Below, piece by piece: positions 11,635 through 21,100 of a stretch of 64,000 bases of DNA. Each line of letters opens with the position of its first letter. Within the stretch, counting starts at the first letter, position 1. The notes under the pieces were generated by a model. It ran no database searches. It saw nothing but the letters and a program-made list of their open reading frames with translations, and was not told the origin of the DNA. The stretch spans positions 4,277 to 68,276 of the forward strand of contig CAYVYJ010000007.1 in NCBI GenBank assembly GCA_964455085.1, written 5' to 3'. The position numbers and the translations under genes are program-made. This stretch comes from an uncultured Planctomycetia bacterium (GTDB taxonomy: Bacteria > Omnitrophota > Gorgyraeia > Duberdicusellales > 4484-171).

Positions 11635-12351
11635 TCATCCTTGATTAAAAAAGTAATTAACTAGTCCCACAGCAAATACAGCAGCAGTCTCTACCCGTAA
11701 TAGATTAACGGATAATTTAATAAAGTTAAAATTATTTTCGCCTAATTTGCTCCATTCTCTGGGAGCAAAATCTCCTTCGGGACCAACAATAATGAAAATC
11801 TCCTTCTGTCTCATATTGAGAACGTTCTTAAGCGTATCTCCCTTAATCGAAGCAGCTAATTTAACCTGATAGTTTTTTTCAATAACCTTATTAAAGCTCA
11901 AAATATTATTAACCGTCGGCAACCACAACCTTTGAGATTGCCGCACTGCCTCAATAACTATTTTCTTCCATCGCATTAACTTATTGGATAAAGAACTTAT
12001 GCTGAGACTTCTTTGGCAGGTAAAAGGAATAAACTCTGAGACCCCCAGTTCTGTAGCTTTCTGCAAAATAAAATTAATCCTTTCTTGTTTAGTAACCGGA
12101 AAAGCCAGAATTACTTTCGGCTCAGGAAAACATTCTTTACCTGAGACCCTTACCTTCTTTAAGGATATCTGCTTCTGCGAAATATCTTTTATGGTATATA
12201 GGTATTCCTTACCCTGGCCATCAAAAACAAATAGCTCATTCTCGCTCCCCAGGCGTAAAACATCCCTTAATTTATGGATAGTATTCTTGCCACTTATCTC
12301 AATGAAATTTTCTATTTTTTCTGGGTGGATATAAATTCGTATCTTGGACAT
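11635..12351 (-). CDS. rsmE: 16S rRNA (uracil1498-N3)-methyltransferase
   Basis: The start was reassigned to the internal MSKIRIYIHPE..., and the sequence is RsmE-like (HKLRDVLRL, FDGQG). The ORF-track N-terminus (MSTIGAVVQLGERL...) is just a readthrough translation of tRNA-Ala. Confidence 0.8.
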   Translation of the reverse strand: MSKIRIYIHPEKIENFIEISGKNTIHKLRDVLRLGSENELFVFDGQGKEYLYTIKDISQKQISLKKVRVSGKECFPEPKVILAFPVTKQERINFILQKATELGVSEFIPFTCQRSLSISSLSNKLMRWKKIVIEAVRQSQRLWLPTVNNILSFNKVIEKNYQVKLAASIKGDTLKNVLNMRQKEIFIIVGPEGDFAPREWSKLGENNFNFIKLSVNLLRVETAAVFAVGLVNYFFNQG

Positions 12352-12359
12352 CTCAATTA

Positions 12360-12432
12360 TGGAGCCGACCCGATTTGAACGGGCGACCTCCTCGTTGCGA
12401 ACGAGGCGTTCTCCCAACTGAACTACGGCCCC
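12360..12432 (-). tRNA. trnA: tRNA-Ala (anticodon CGC)
   Basis: Cloverleaf with acceptor GGGGCCG/CGGCTCC including the G3:U70 Ala identity pair, anticodon stem-loop CCTCG-TTCGCAA-CGAGG and a TTCAAAT T-loop. Confidence 0.88.
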
Positions 12433-12482
12433 TATGGTTGACACAGCTCATAGATACAGAAACTATTGGCTGATGAAACATT

Positions 12483-12508
12483 TTGACAGAGAAATATTTC
12501 TCTGTCAA
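12483..12508. promoter_or_regulatory. 26-bp perfect palindrome TTGACAGAGAAATATTTCTCTGTCAA. It could be an operator or a hairpin.
   Basis: The sequence is exactly self-complementary when read directly. It lies in the intergenic space between the end of the small-ORF/exbBD operon and tRNA-Ala. Confidence 0.5.
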
Positions 12509-12586
12509 GGAAACTACAAATAAAAACTATTAAATAATAATAGCCAATAAGGGATTAAAGGCTTGATTAAAAAGACTAAGTAATAT

Positions 12587-12967
12587 TCAATAATTTACTA
12601 CCTGTGCATCTATTTGGCTAGAGTCTGCATGAGGGTTACCCGCGGGCCAGCCGGGAGAAAAAATCGTCATCGTAACGTCATAAGGAATATCATCATCATC
12701 AACGGTACGGCCAGGGGGACAATCATTATCGACATCATCATTAAGGCAGTGATCTTTGCCGGCAGGAGTTCCCGACCAAACACCTTTTCGCAATTGCTCT
12801 AAAGCTAAGACCACTCCGGCCTGGGCAGCAAAAAAAGCTTTACTCCGTTTTATCTTATATTCAGCAATCCGTGCCTCATGAGCTATAAAGTAGAGAGCAC
12901 CTAAGGCTAAGCTGAAAACTACCAACATAACCCCAATGACAACTATTAAAACTACCCCTTTTCTCAC
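12587..12967 (-). CDS. PilX/GspK N-terminal-domain protein (minor pseudopilin-like)
   Basis: The 126-aa ORF starts MRKGVVLIVVIGVMLVVFSLALGALYFIAHEARIAEYKIKRSKAFFAAQAGVVLALEQL, which matches the PilX_N pattern. An Asp-rich C-terminal part is encoded by a visibly GC-richer stretch. Confidence 0.5.
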   Translation of the reverse strand: MRKGVVLIVVIGVMLVVFSLALGALYFIAHEARIAEYKIKRSKAFFAAQAGVVLALEQLRKGVWSGTPAGKDHCLNDDVDNDCPPGRTVDDDDIPYDVTMTIFSPGWPAGNPHADSSQIDAQVVNY

Positions 12968-13176
12968 TCTTGCTCTTTTTTTCTTAAACTTATCTGGTAT
13001 ACCGACTCTTCTTCCCTCACTAAAACATGACCCTCCCGAGCCAGCCAGCCTAAACTCATCAGGGTCAAATCCCGGGATTTATCTATACCAGCAATTAGTT
13101 GCTCTAAGCTTGCTTCGCCCTGCTTATCTAAAAAATTCCAAATCTCACCAGCTATAATTCCTATTTCAGTAATCAT
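12964..13176 (-). CDS. Small winged-helix (DUF2582-like) protein
   Basis: The 70-aa ORF has a GWLAREGHV motif. Its start overlaps the stop of the downstream gene by 4 nt. Confidence 0.45.
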   Translation of the reverse strand: MITEIGIIAGEIWNFLDKQGEASLEQLIAGIDKSRDLTLMSLGWLAREGHVLVREEESVYQISLRKKEQE

Positions 13177-13394
13177 TTTCCCCGATTAATACTTTCACAA
13201 AACGGACACCGCCAAAATTCAAAAAAAATTGAAACAAAATACACTGAAGCGCAAACTTCACACTTTCGTTTCTCAAGCTGCATTTCCTTCTTTGCTAAGC
13301 TATTGCGCCAATTGATTATATATTCTAAGAGAAAGCCCAATAGCAGCCATCCGCTTAAAAAAATAGTAATAAATAATGACAATTCTATCTGCAT
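13173..13394 (-). CDS. Small membrane-anchored zinc-ribbon protein (hypothetical)
   Basis: The 73-aa ORF has an N-terminal TM helix and then CEVC...(15)...CPFC. It is translationally coupled to its neighbours by 4-nt and 1-nt junctions. Confidence 0.4.
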   Translation of the reverse strand: MQIELSLFITIFLSGWLLLGFLLEYIINWRNSLAKKEMQLEKRKCEVCASVYFVSIFFEFWRCPFCESINRGK

Positions 13395-13952
13395 TTATTT
13401 TACTACCCCCTCTAATTTTGTCCAGAGGAATCTGTTATCCAAGAAAAGGGTTGCTTCTAGCAAGTATGCCTGCAAGTGTAGGCTCCCGTAAGAATTAACC
13501 GGCAATTTCTCAGGATAGAGAAAAAGGACCTTGCCATATGGCGAAATATAGGTCTTATAAGAGACAATTTCTTCTTCCCAAGAGGAAAGAATAGTTCGCC
13601 TCGGCCAAAGATAATAATATCTCTCCCTATGACTAATACTATCCAAGGAAGGGAAGGTTTTAGCCAAACCGGGCATAAAAGAACCTAAATTATATCCATC
13701 CTTAAGCCAAGGGGAAGGACGGGAAGGAGAAAAATACTCTCTTCTCATATCGTGAGACGATAAATTTATACTCTTAGGAAAAACAACCTTTTTATTCTCT
13801 AGGAATAAATCTCTGCGGTTAACAATATCAAACCAGCTATAAAAGGAAGGGTTTCCCTCTGCCTTTATGTAGAGGGAGCATGAGGAAACAGCTAGCAGAT
13901 GCAGAATCCCCGACAAAATTAAGGGGAAAAAGACAAACAACTTCTTTAGCAT
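13395..13952 (-). CDS. Hypothetical membrane-anchored or secreted protein encoded directly downstream of exbD
   Basis: The 185-aa ORF has an N-terminal hydrophobic segment (MLKKLFVFFPLILSGILHLLAVSSCS) and a Pro/Ser-containing linker. No TonB C-terminal motifs are recognisable. Confidence 0.4.
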   Translation of the reverse strand: MLKKLFVFFPLILSGILHLLAVSSCSLYIKAEGNPSFYSWFDIVNRRDLFLENKKVVFPKSINLSSHDMRREYFSPSRPSPWLKDGYNLGSFMPGLAKTFPSLDSISHRERYYYLWPRRTILSSWEEEIVSYKTYISPYGKVLFLYPEKLPVNSYGSLHLQAYLLEATLFLDNRFLWTKLEGVVK

Positions 13953-13967
13953 CGAAAGAAATCCAGG

Positions 13968-14366
13968 TTACTCTTCGTAAGCAGTAGCGATACCAATCTT
14001 TTCTATCCCGAATCTCTTACAAGCATCCCATATTTTTACCACTACCCCCAGACTGGCATCTCGATCGGCTTTTATAAAAATAGAGCTGTACTTTTTGCTT
14101 TTTATAAGATCTTCAACCTCTTTGACGGTTTGAGGTTTACCGTCAAGGTAAATTATATCTTCACTAGAAACAACTACTGTTAAAGACCTGGTATCAACCT
14201 CTTCCGGCATTAAAGCTTTAGGGAGCTTAACATTAACTCCCGGTATAACTATAAAACTAGACGTAAGCATAAAAAAGATAAGCAGCAGGAAAAGACAATC
14301 AATCAAAGGAGCTATGTCTATCTGCCTCAGGCCCGCTTCTACTCGTGCGCTTTTCCTAAACTTCAT
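13968..14366 (-). CDS. exbD: ExbD/TolR family biopolymer transport protein
   Basis: The 132-aa ORF has a single TM helix (IDIAPLIDCLFLLLIFFM) and a periplasmic ExbD fold pattern. Confidence 0.85.
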   Translation of the reverse strand: MKFRKSARVEAGLRQIDIAPLIDCLFLLLIFFMLTSSFIVIPGVNVKLPKALMPEEVDTRSLTVVVSSEDIIYLDGKPQTVKEVEDLIKSKKYSSIFIKADRDASLGVVVKIWDACKRFGIEKIGIATAYEE

Positions 14367-14988
14367 CGGTATATCTGCTTTGAGGGATGAATTCTAAGAG
14401 CTCAGTAGCTGCTCTTTCCGCCTCCAAGGTAACTAAATTAACCTTGTGGACAAAATAATTATACATAATATAACTGGGGATGGCTACACACAAACCAGCT
14501 ACAGTAGTAAGTAATGCCTCCCATATCCCGCCAGCTAAATCAGCAGGGTTAACCAATCCGATATTTATTGTTTTCTGTTCAATAATATAAAAACATTTAA
14601 CCAACCCTACTACTGTACCCAGAAGTCCTAACAGTGGGGAGACGTGGGCAATAGTACTTAAAAAATTTAAGTTTCGCTCAAGCTTTGGTATTTCATACAA
14701 AGAAGTATTCTCCATCGCCTCTTTAATTACATCTTTGGCCTCCTCATAGTGACTAAGACCTGACTTTAAAATATTAGTTGCATAAAAAGTGTTTTTCTCG
14801 CAAATATCAATTGCTTCAGTAATTTTGTTTTTACGCACTAAATCCAATACTTGCGATAATATTAACAGGGAATTGCTCTTAATACTAAGATAAAACAACA
14901 ATCGTTCTATTATAATCGCTACTGCAAAAAATGAGCATAAAAATATCGGTGCAATTAGCCAGCCACTCTTAGAAATTAGCTCCCACAT
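14356..14988 (-). CDS. exbB: MotA/TolQ/ExbB proton-channel protein
   Basis: The 210-aa ORF has three TM helices and the conserved ...PLLGLLGTVVGLV... segment. Confidence 0.85.
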   Translation of the reverse strand: MWELISKSGWLIAPIFLCSFFAVAIIIERLLFYLSIKSNSLLILSQVLDLVRKNKITEAIDICEKNTFYATNILKSGLSHYEEAKDVIKEAMENTSLYEIPKLERNLNFLSTIAHVSPLLGLLGTVVGLVKCFYIIEQKTINIGLVNPADLAGGIWEALLTTVAGLCVAIPSYIMYNYFVHKVNLVTLEAERAATELLEFIPQSRYTDEV

Positions 14989-15015
14989 AATGCCTCCTTT
15001 TCTTTTTCAATATTT

Positions 15016-17457
15016 CTAACCACCCTCTAACTCGTTTAACTTTGCCTCAGCTATCCGGCTTTCCTTAACTCCTAGATCGATGATTTTTTTATAAATCTTC
15101 TTTGCTTCTTGGTTATTGCCTATCTTCTCATAAATCCGGGCAATGCGGAAGTATGCTTTAACATTATACTTACCAGAATCGTTACTCTCCAATTGCTCTT
15201 CATCAACCCCAACATAAACCACCTTGAAATACTCTCCTATCGCCTCTTGCCCCTTATCAATCTTCTCCAGACACAACCCCAGGGTAAATCTTAACTCCGG
15301 ATAATCTATACCTTTCTCAATCGCCCGTTGAAAAATTAGTATTGCCTGACGATAATCCTTCATCTCTTTTAGAAGAAATGCTTTATCAACAAGCGCAACC
15401 TTAGAAACTGGTAAATTCAAATCTATCAGCTCATCGTATATTTTAAGGGCTTCTTGGTTTGAACCTTCCTGAAGAAAAATCTTTGCTAAATAAAGCTTAC
15501 CCTTCAAGGATAGTGGCGTATCTCGTTTAGATAATCTTTCAAAATAGTCACGGGCCCTTTCTAGATTGCCTCTGCTCCAATAAAGATGCCCCAAAGAAAG
15601 TACGGCTTCTTGAGCCGAAGAAGCTTCTTTATAGTCACTAATAACTTTTTTGTAATACTTTTCAGCCTCAAAATAGTTTTCTTCCTTTTCATACAAACCT
15701 CCCAAATATAATGCGACTGAAGCTGCATACTGCGAGTTGGGATAGCGGGCGAGGAAACCTTCCCAGACCTTTTTGGCTCTATCGAAGGAAGATAAGTTTA
15801 GGTACGCATTGCCCATGTCAAGATAGGCTAACTCGGCGATCTCTTCATCTTTGAATCTTCCTACCAACCTCTTAAAGACCAAAAGCGCATCGTCATAATT
15901 TTCCTGATTAAAAAGACACTTTCCGTAAAGATAGTGAGCTTTGGAAATCAATCCATCCTTGGGAAATTTGTCGATAAAATCATTTAATAAATTCTTAGCT
16001 TCCGTATAATCACCACAAGAAAAATAACCCACAGCCAAATAATACTGGACTTGTGGAATTAGTTTCGAAGAAGAAAAGTTATTCTTAAGGTTTTTTAGGG
16101 CCAAAAAAGCTTTATCTAACTCCTTTTTCTTTAAAAAACACATTCCGATTTGAAATTGAATATAGTCTGCATATATTGTATTGGGTTGATCTTTTAGAAT
16201 ACTATTGTAAATGTCTAAAGCTTCATCGAGCTTGGCAGTTTCTTGATAAGCGTCGGCAATTTGAATTCGGGAACTTAGTTCCACAACCGGATTATTGGTA
16301 TATTCTAGAGTACTCTTGAACTCAGCGATTGCTTCCTTGAATTTACCATTCTTTAAATAACACCAGGCTAAACCGTAATGTGCCTTGTTAAGGCTGTCAA
16401 TATGCTGGGGAACTTTAAAATTACCTAGTACATATTTATAAACCGAAATAGAATCATTCAGCCTGCCCATTTCATAAAGAGTATCGGCTTTATTCAAACA
16501 GGAATCGATTAAAACTTTAGACTTAGGGTAATCTCTTATAAAAATATTGAATGTCTCAAGAGCCTGGATGTAGTCCTGGGTCTTAAAATAATAAACTCCT
16601 TGCGAGAAAAGACGTAATTCCTTATTTTTTATTTTATCAATATTATTCTTGGCTTCAATCTTGCTCCCCTTCTCAATGTAGGTAAACCCTATTCCTTGAT
16701 GGATTAAATCTTTAAGCTCTAACCCAGGGATAGCCCGTAAAGCGCTCCGGTAACTCTTTAAAGCTTTATTCCATTCGTCGGTGGCATAATAAGCTTCTCC
16801 TAAATAAAAATACACCTTTGCCTTAAGCTCCCCCTTCGGAAACTCACTTATATATTTCTTAGCCAAAGATATGATCTGAGGATATTCCTTCTTCTGCAAA
16901 TAAAGGTTTAAAGCTTGTGAATATGCATTGCTGAGCACCTCTTCCTGCGGACACTCCACTATTATCTTATTAAATAATTCTTGGGCTTGATCTTTGTTCC
17001 CAAGCTCCAACTTACAGCTGGCTAGTAAATATTGAGTCTCCCAGATGAACCGCGATTTGGGGTGACTTTGGACAATCTTATCTGCATAGCTTAAGGCTTC
17101 ATCAAAATCCCTTCCCTTGAAATAGATGACGCTTAACCAATGGTAAGTTTCGCTAAGAACATCATCGCCGGGCTTACCTCGTTCAACTTCAGTAAGGGTA
17201 GAAAGAGCTCTTGCATAATCCTCTTTGCGGTAATAACACTTTGCTATATAAAGTTTGGCTTCATAAATTAAAGAACTTTCCGGGAAATCATTAATAAATC
17301 TTTTAAAAAGCGACAGCGAAGCATCGTAAAAGTCATCAGAGAAAGCTTTAGCCGCAATATGAAACCGCTCCTCTTCTCCGCTATAAGAAAAGCCCCAAGA
17401 GGCGGTAAATATCAGCAAAGTCAAAACTAAAGTAAAAGCTTTTACATTTATCCGCAT
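15016..17457 (-). CDS. Large secreted tetratricopeptide-repeat protein
   Basis: The 813-aa ORF has a signal peptide followed by many TPR units, seen as repeated A..Y...G.Y..A periodicity. Confidence 0.8.
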   Translation of the reverse strand: MRINVKAFTLVLTLLIFTASWGFSYSGEEERFHIAAKAFSDDFYDASLSLFKRFINDFPESSLIYEAKLYIAKCYYRKEDYARALSTLTEVERGKPGDDVLSETYHWLSVIYFKGRDFDEALSYADKIVQSHPKSRFIWETQYLLASCKLELGNKDQAQELFNKIIVECPQEEVLSNAYSQALNLYLQKKEYPQIISLAKKYISEFPKGELKAKVYFYLGEAYYATDEWNKALKSYRSALRAIPGLELKDLIHQGIGFTYIEKGSKIEAKNNIDKIKNKELRLFSQGVYYFKTQDYIQALETFNIFIRDYPKSKVLIDSCLNKADTLYEMGRLNDSISVYKYVLGNFKVPQHIDSLNKAHYGLAWCYLKNGKFKEAIAEFKSTLEYTNNPVVELSSRIQIADAYQETAKLDEALDIYNSILKDQPNTIYADYIQFQIGMCFLKKKELDKAFLALKNLKNNFSSSKLIPQVQYYLAVGYFSCGDYTEAKNLLNDFIDKFPKDGLISKAHYLYGKCLFNQENYDDALLVFKRLVGRFKDEEIAELAYLDMGNAYLNLSSFDRAKKVWEGFLARYPNSQYAASVALYLGGLYEKEENYFEAEKYYKKVISDYKEASSAQEAVLSLGHLYWSRGNLERARDYFERLSKRDTPLSLKGKLYLAKIFLQEGSNQEALKIYDELIDLNLPVSKVALVDKAFLLKEMKDYRQAILIFQRAIEKGIDYPELRFTLGLCLEKIDKGQEAIGEYFKVVYVGVDEEQLESNDSGKYNVKAYFRIARIYEKIGNNQEAKKIYKKIIDLGVKESRIAEAKLNELEGG

Positions 17458-17467
17458 ATATAGATTG

Positions 17468-20257
17468 TTAGCTAAGTTTACGCCTTAAGAACTGGCCGGT
17501 ATAGGAGGTTGGGCAAGAAGCCACCTCCTCTGGTGTCCCGCTGGCGACAACATCGCCTCCGGCGTCTCCGCCCTCTGGACCTAAATCGATAATGTAATCG
17601 GCACATTTTACCACATCTAAATTGTGCTCAATAATTAAAATTGTATTTCGTTTATCTACTAATCGGTGCAACACAGATAACAACTTCTTTATGTCGTCAA
17701 AATGCAAGCCGGTTGTCGGCTCATCCAGAATATAAAGGGTTTTTCCGGTTGCTTTTTTCCTTAATTGCGAAGCAAGCTTAATCCTTTGAGCCTCTCCGCC
17801 AGAAAGCGTAGTGGCTGATTGGCCTACGCCGATGTAACCCAGCCCCACATCTTTCAAGGTTTGCAAAATATTTTTTATCCGGGGAAAATTTACAAATAAT
17901 TCATAAGCTTTGTCCACGTTCAGTTCTAAAACATCAGCAATGCTTTTTCCTTTAAATTTTATCTCTAAGGTCTGCTTGTTAAAACGTTTACCGGAACACT
18001 TCTGGCAGGGTACATACACATCGGGTAAAAAATGCATCTCAATCCTTTTGGTTCCCTCACCTCTACACTCCTGACATCGACCTCCAGGCACATTGAAGCT
18101 AAACCGGGCCGGTTTATATCCTCGAATTCTTGCATCCGGTAAATCCTGGAAAACCTCCCTGATATAACTAAATACTCCGGTATAGGTCGCCGGATTAGAC
18201 CGGGGGGTCCGGCCGATCGGAGACTGATCTACGATAATCACCTTATCAATATTGTCTAAACCGCCAATTTTTTTAACCTTACCCGGCTTCTCTCGTGAAT
18301 TATACAACTCCTTGGCTAAAGCTCGATAAAGAATGTCTTCTACTAATGTTGATTTGCCTGAACCAGAAACTCCAGTAATACAAACAAAGACTTCTAAAGG
18401 AATCTTTATATTTACGTTTTTTAAATTATGCTCACAAGCACCATGTATATCTAAGGTTGGCCTACCTTTATAGTGCCTTCTCACTGAAGGCTTAGCTATA
18501 GACAGATCTCCTCGTAAATATCTGGCAGTGAGGGTATCTTGAGTAAGTAACTTATCCTTCTGCCCCGAATAGACAACCCTTCCCCCCTTTACCCCGGCTC
18601 CCGGCCCTAAATCAACTATCCAATCACTGGCCTGAATCATCTGTTCATCATGTTCGACCACGATTATTGTATTACCCAAATTTTTCAGCCTTTTAAGAGT
18701 ATTAATCAACTTGACATCGTCCCGAGAATGTAACCCAATAGTTGGCTCATCAAGAATATAAATCACCCCGGATAACGATGAGCCCACCTGGGTAGCTAAT
18801 TTTATTCTTTGCACTTCTCCACCGGATAAAGTAGAACTTAACCGGTCTAAAGAAAGATATGACAACCCTACATTAATGCAGAAACTAAGCCGCTGCTTTA
18901 TTTCCTTTATGATTAAAGTGGCAATTTTTGCTTCAGAATCCGATAGTTTTAGTGAAGCAAAGAACTCAAAACACTTCTCAATACTCATTCTTACTATATC
19001 CCATATTGATTTAGTACCAACATACACGCTTAAGGCTTCTTTATTCAAACGTTGACCTGAACATCCGGGGCAGGATAACTTTGACATATATTTAGCAATC
19101 TCTGTTTTTCGGTAATGGCTATCAGTAGTATTAAACAATCGCTCTAAATTGGGAATAACTCCCTCAAAGGGCTTATTCCAAACATAAGTATCTTCGTCGC
19201 CATAAAGAATCTTCTCACTTATTTTCTTGGATAGGCGATTAAAGGGGGTATCCAATGATATTTTTAATCCTCTGGCTAACTCTCGCAGGAGTGCTTGATA
19301 ATACATAATATAACCCCGGCTACCCCTGCGCCAAGCTGCAATAGCTCCTTCTCTTAAGGTTTTCTTGGGCTCAGGGATGATCAGATCAAGATCAAACTCT
19401 AACTTTATACCCAAACCATTACAATCCGGACAAGCTCCGTAAGGAGAATTAAAAGAAAACATTCTTGGTTCCATCTCACCTAAAGATGCTCCACAGAGAC
19501 TGCAACTTAATTGGGTGTTAAATAAGCTCTCTTGAGAATTAGTATCATCATAAATCAAACAAAAACCGCCGGAATATTTTAGGGCTGTCTCCAGGGAATC
19601 AGCAATCCTCTCCTTGTAATCGGCAGATACTTTAATCCGATCTACAACGATCTCGATAGTATGCAATTTGTACCGGTTGAGCTTTATTCTCTCACTTAAT
19701 TCATAAATTTTTCCGTCAACTCGCACTCGTACAAAACCCTCTTTAAGCAATCGCGTAAATAGAGCTTGATATTGTCCTTTTTTGCCCCTAACAATGGGAG
19801 AAAGTATAAAAATCTTATGATTCTTAGGAAACTTAAGAACCCGATCAATTATCTCTTGAGTTGTCTGTTTGGTAATCGGCTTAAGACACCGCGGACAATG
19901 GGGCTTACCAATCCGGGCAAAAAGTAACCGCAAATAATCATAGATTTCGGTTTGCGTAGCCACAATCGAACGAGGCGAACCGCCAGCACTCCTCTGTTCG
20001 ATAGCAATCGCCGGAGAAAGCCCTTCAATATGTTCTACATCTGGTTTCTGAAGCTGCTCCAAAAATTGACGGGCATAACTAGACAGGCTCTCAACATAGC
20101 GGCGCTGACCTTCAGCATAAATAGTATCAAAGGCTAATGATGACTTGCCCGAACCCGATAAACCGGTAACTACTACCAAATTATTCTTGGGTATCTTAAG
20201 ATTAACGCTCTTTAGGTTATGCTCACGGGCACCCTTTATAACTATATAGTTATCCAT
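17468..20257 (-). CDS. uvrA: Excinuclease ABC subunit A
   Basis: The 929-aa ORF has two ABC ATPase modules ([24 protein letters not shown]) and zinc-finger cysteines. Confidence 0.97.
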   Translation of the reverse strand: MDNYIVIKGAREHNLKSVNLKIPKNNLVVVTGLSGSGKSSLAFDTIYAEGQRRYVESLSSYARQFLEQLQKPDVEHIEGLSPAIAIEQRSAGGSPRSIVATQTEIYDYLRLLFARIGKPHCPRCLKPITKQTTQEIIDRVLKFPKNHKIFILSPIVRGKKGQYQALFTRLLKEGFVRVRVDGKIYELSERIKLNRYKLHTIEIVVDRIKVSADYKERIADSLETALKYSGGFCLIYDDTNSQESLFNTQLSCSLCGASLGEMEPRMFSFNSPYGACPDCNGLGIKLEFDLDLIIPEPKKTLREGAIAAWRRGSRGYIMYYQALLRELARGLKISLDTPFNRLSKKISEKILYGDEDTYVWNKPFEGVIPNLERLFNTTDSHYRKTEIAKYMSKLSCPGCSGQRLNKEALSVYVGTKSIWDIVRMSIEKCFEFFASLKLSDSEAKIATLIIKEIKQRLSFCINVGLSYLSLDRLSSTLSGGEVQRIKLATQVGSSLSGVIYILDEPTIGLHSRDDVKLINTLKRLKNLGNTIIVVEHDEQMIQASDWIVDLGPGAGVKGGRVVYSGQKDKLLTQDTLTARYLRGDLSIAKPSVRRHYKGRPTLDIHGACEHNLKNVNIKIPLEVFVCITGVSGSGKSTLVEDILYRALAKELYNSREKPGKVKKIGGLDNIDKVIIVDQSPIGRTPRSNPATYTGVFSYIREVFQDLPDARIRGYKPARFSFNVPGGRCQECRGEGTKRIEMHFLPDVYVPCQKCSGKRFNKQTLEIKFKGKSIADVLELNVDKAYELFVNFPRIKNILQTLKDVGLGYIGVGQSATTLSGGEAQRIKLASQLRKKATGKTLYILDEPTTGLHFDDIKKLLSVLHRLVDKRNTILIIEHNLDVVKCADYIIDLGPEGGDAGGDVVASGTPEEVASCPTSYTGQFLRRKLS

Positions 20258-20281
20258 AGCAGAGGGAAAAAGTTAAAAGTG

Positions 20282-21100
20282 CTAACTTCCGATTTTTAAA
20301 GGAGAAAAGATTTTCTTTAGTAATTGCTGCGTGGAAAGAATAGCTAAAGCACTTGTTTTCGGGTTTGATTTCGAAGGGATATTCTCTACTTTCATGCTTA
20401 ATTTAGCTTCCTCAGAATCTACGACTATATGATGGACGTTCCGCTTTAGTCTCGGATCGGCTTTTATGCAAACCTCTACCTTTTTAAAGGCTGAAGCCAA
20501 AGATATAGCCACTGCCACATTTATATTTTTAGGAAAATGTCGTATTGCCTCTTTCACCCCACCCCTAAATACAACCTTTTCTTTGTTTAAGCCTGTTAAA
20601 TCTATTCTCTTCTTCTTCAAATAATCTGCGCCGATAAGCCCTCGAGGTGGCTTAGATGTGGTCAAGGACACTTTCTTAATCTTGCCCATACTTAAGGCAC
20701 CTAGACCATCTAGGCCTGAAATTGCTCCTGAAGAGATATAGATATTTATCTTAGCCCGCGCTGCTTCTTTAAGAAGAGAAGCTTTGCCAATAAGAGCACC
20801 TACGCTAAGGATGATTAAATCCTTTCGATAGGTGATTACCTCCTTGAGAAGAAAACTGGCTGCTGAGCCTGAGGCAGTCTCAACCACTAGATCTACCCTT
20901 TTAACTAAGGTAGTAGTGTCATATATTTTAGGTACAGATTGTAATTTCTTTTGCAGCCTCTTAGCTGCTAGTATATCCTTATCAGCTAAAGCATAGACAA
21001 CTGCTGAAGACTTTAAGTTCTTATCAATATAGGAAGCAACTCCCCCTCCAATTGCCCCACAACCAACTATTCCAATCTTTGTTCTCTTAGGCTTTGACAT
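20282..21100 (-). CDS. nadX: L-aspartate dehydrogenase
   Basis: The 272-aa ORF has an N-terminal Rossmann motif (IGIVGCGAIGG) and a C-terminal NINVAVAISLA...HHIVV...ENIPS..NPKTSALA pattern typical of NadX. Confidence 0.75.
   Translation of the reverse strand: MSKPKRTKIGIVGCGAIGGGVASYIDKNLKSSAVVYALADKDILAAKRLQKKLQSVPKIYDTTTLVKRVDLVVETASGSAASFLLKEVITYRKDLIILSVGALIGKASLLKEAARAKINIYISSGAISGLDGLGALSMGKIKKVSLTTSKPPRGLIGADYLKKKRIDLTGLNKEKVVFRGGVKEAIRHFPKNINVAVAISLASAFKKVEVCIKADPRLKRNVHHIVVDSEEAKLSMKVENIPSKSNPKTSALAILSTQQLLKKIFSPLKIGS

Noticed and set aside
11984-12334. 116-aa plus-strand ORF inside rsmE
   Set aside because: It is an antisense shadow ORF within the RsmE coding region.
12352-12444. 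N-terminal extension of the rsmE ORF (MSTIGAVVQLGERLVRNEEVARSNRVGS)
   Set aside because: It is a translation of tRNA-Ala. The real start is the internal ATG at 12351.
12614-13157. Plus-strand 62-aa and 73-aa ORFs opposite the small-gene operon
   Set aside because: They are antisense to the tightly coupled minus-strand ORFs and are low complexity (IIIINGTARGTIIIDIIIK), so they are shadow ORFs. Because the minus-strand genes are themselves hypothetical this is not certain, but the coupling pattern favours the minus strand.
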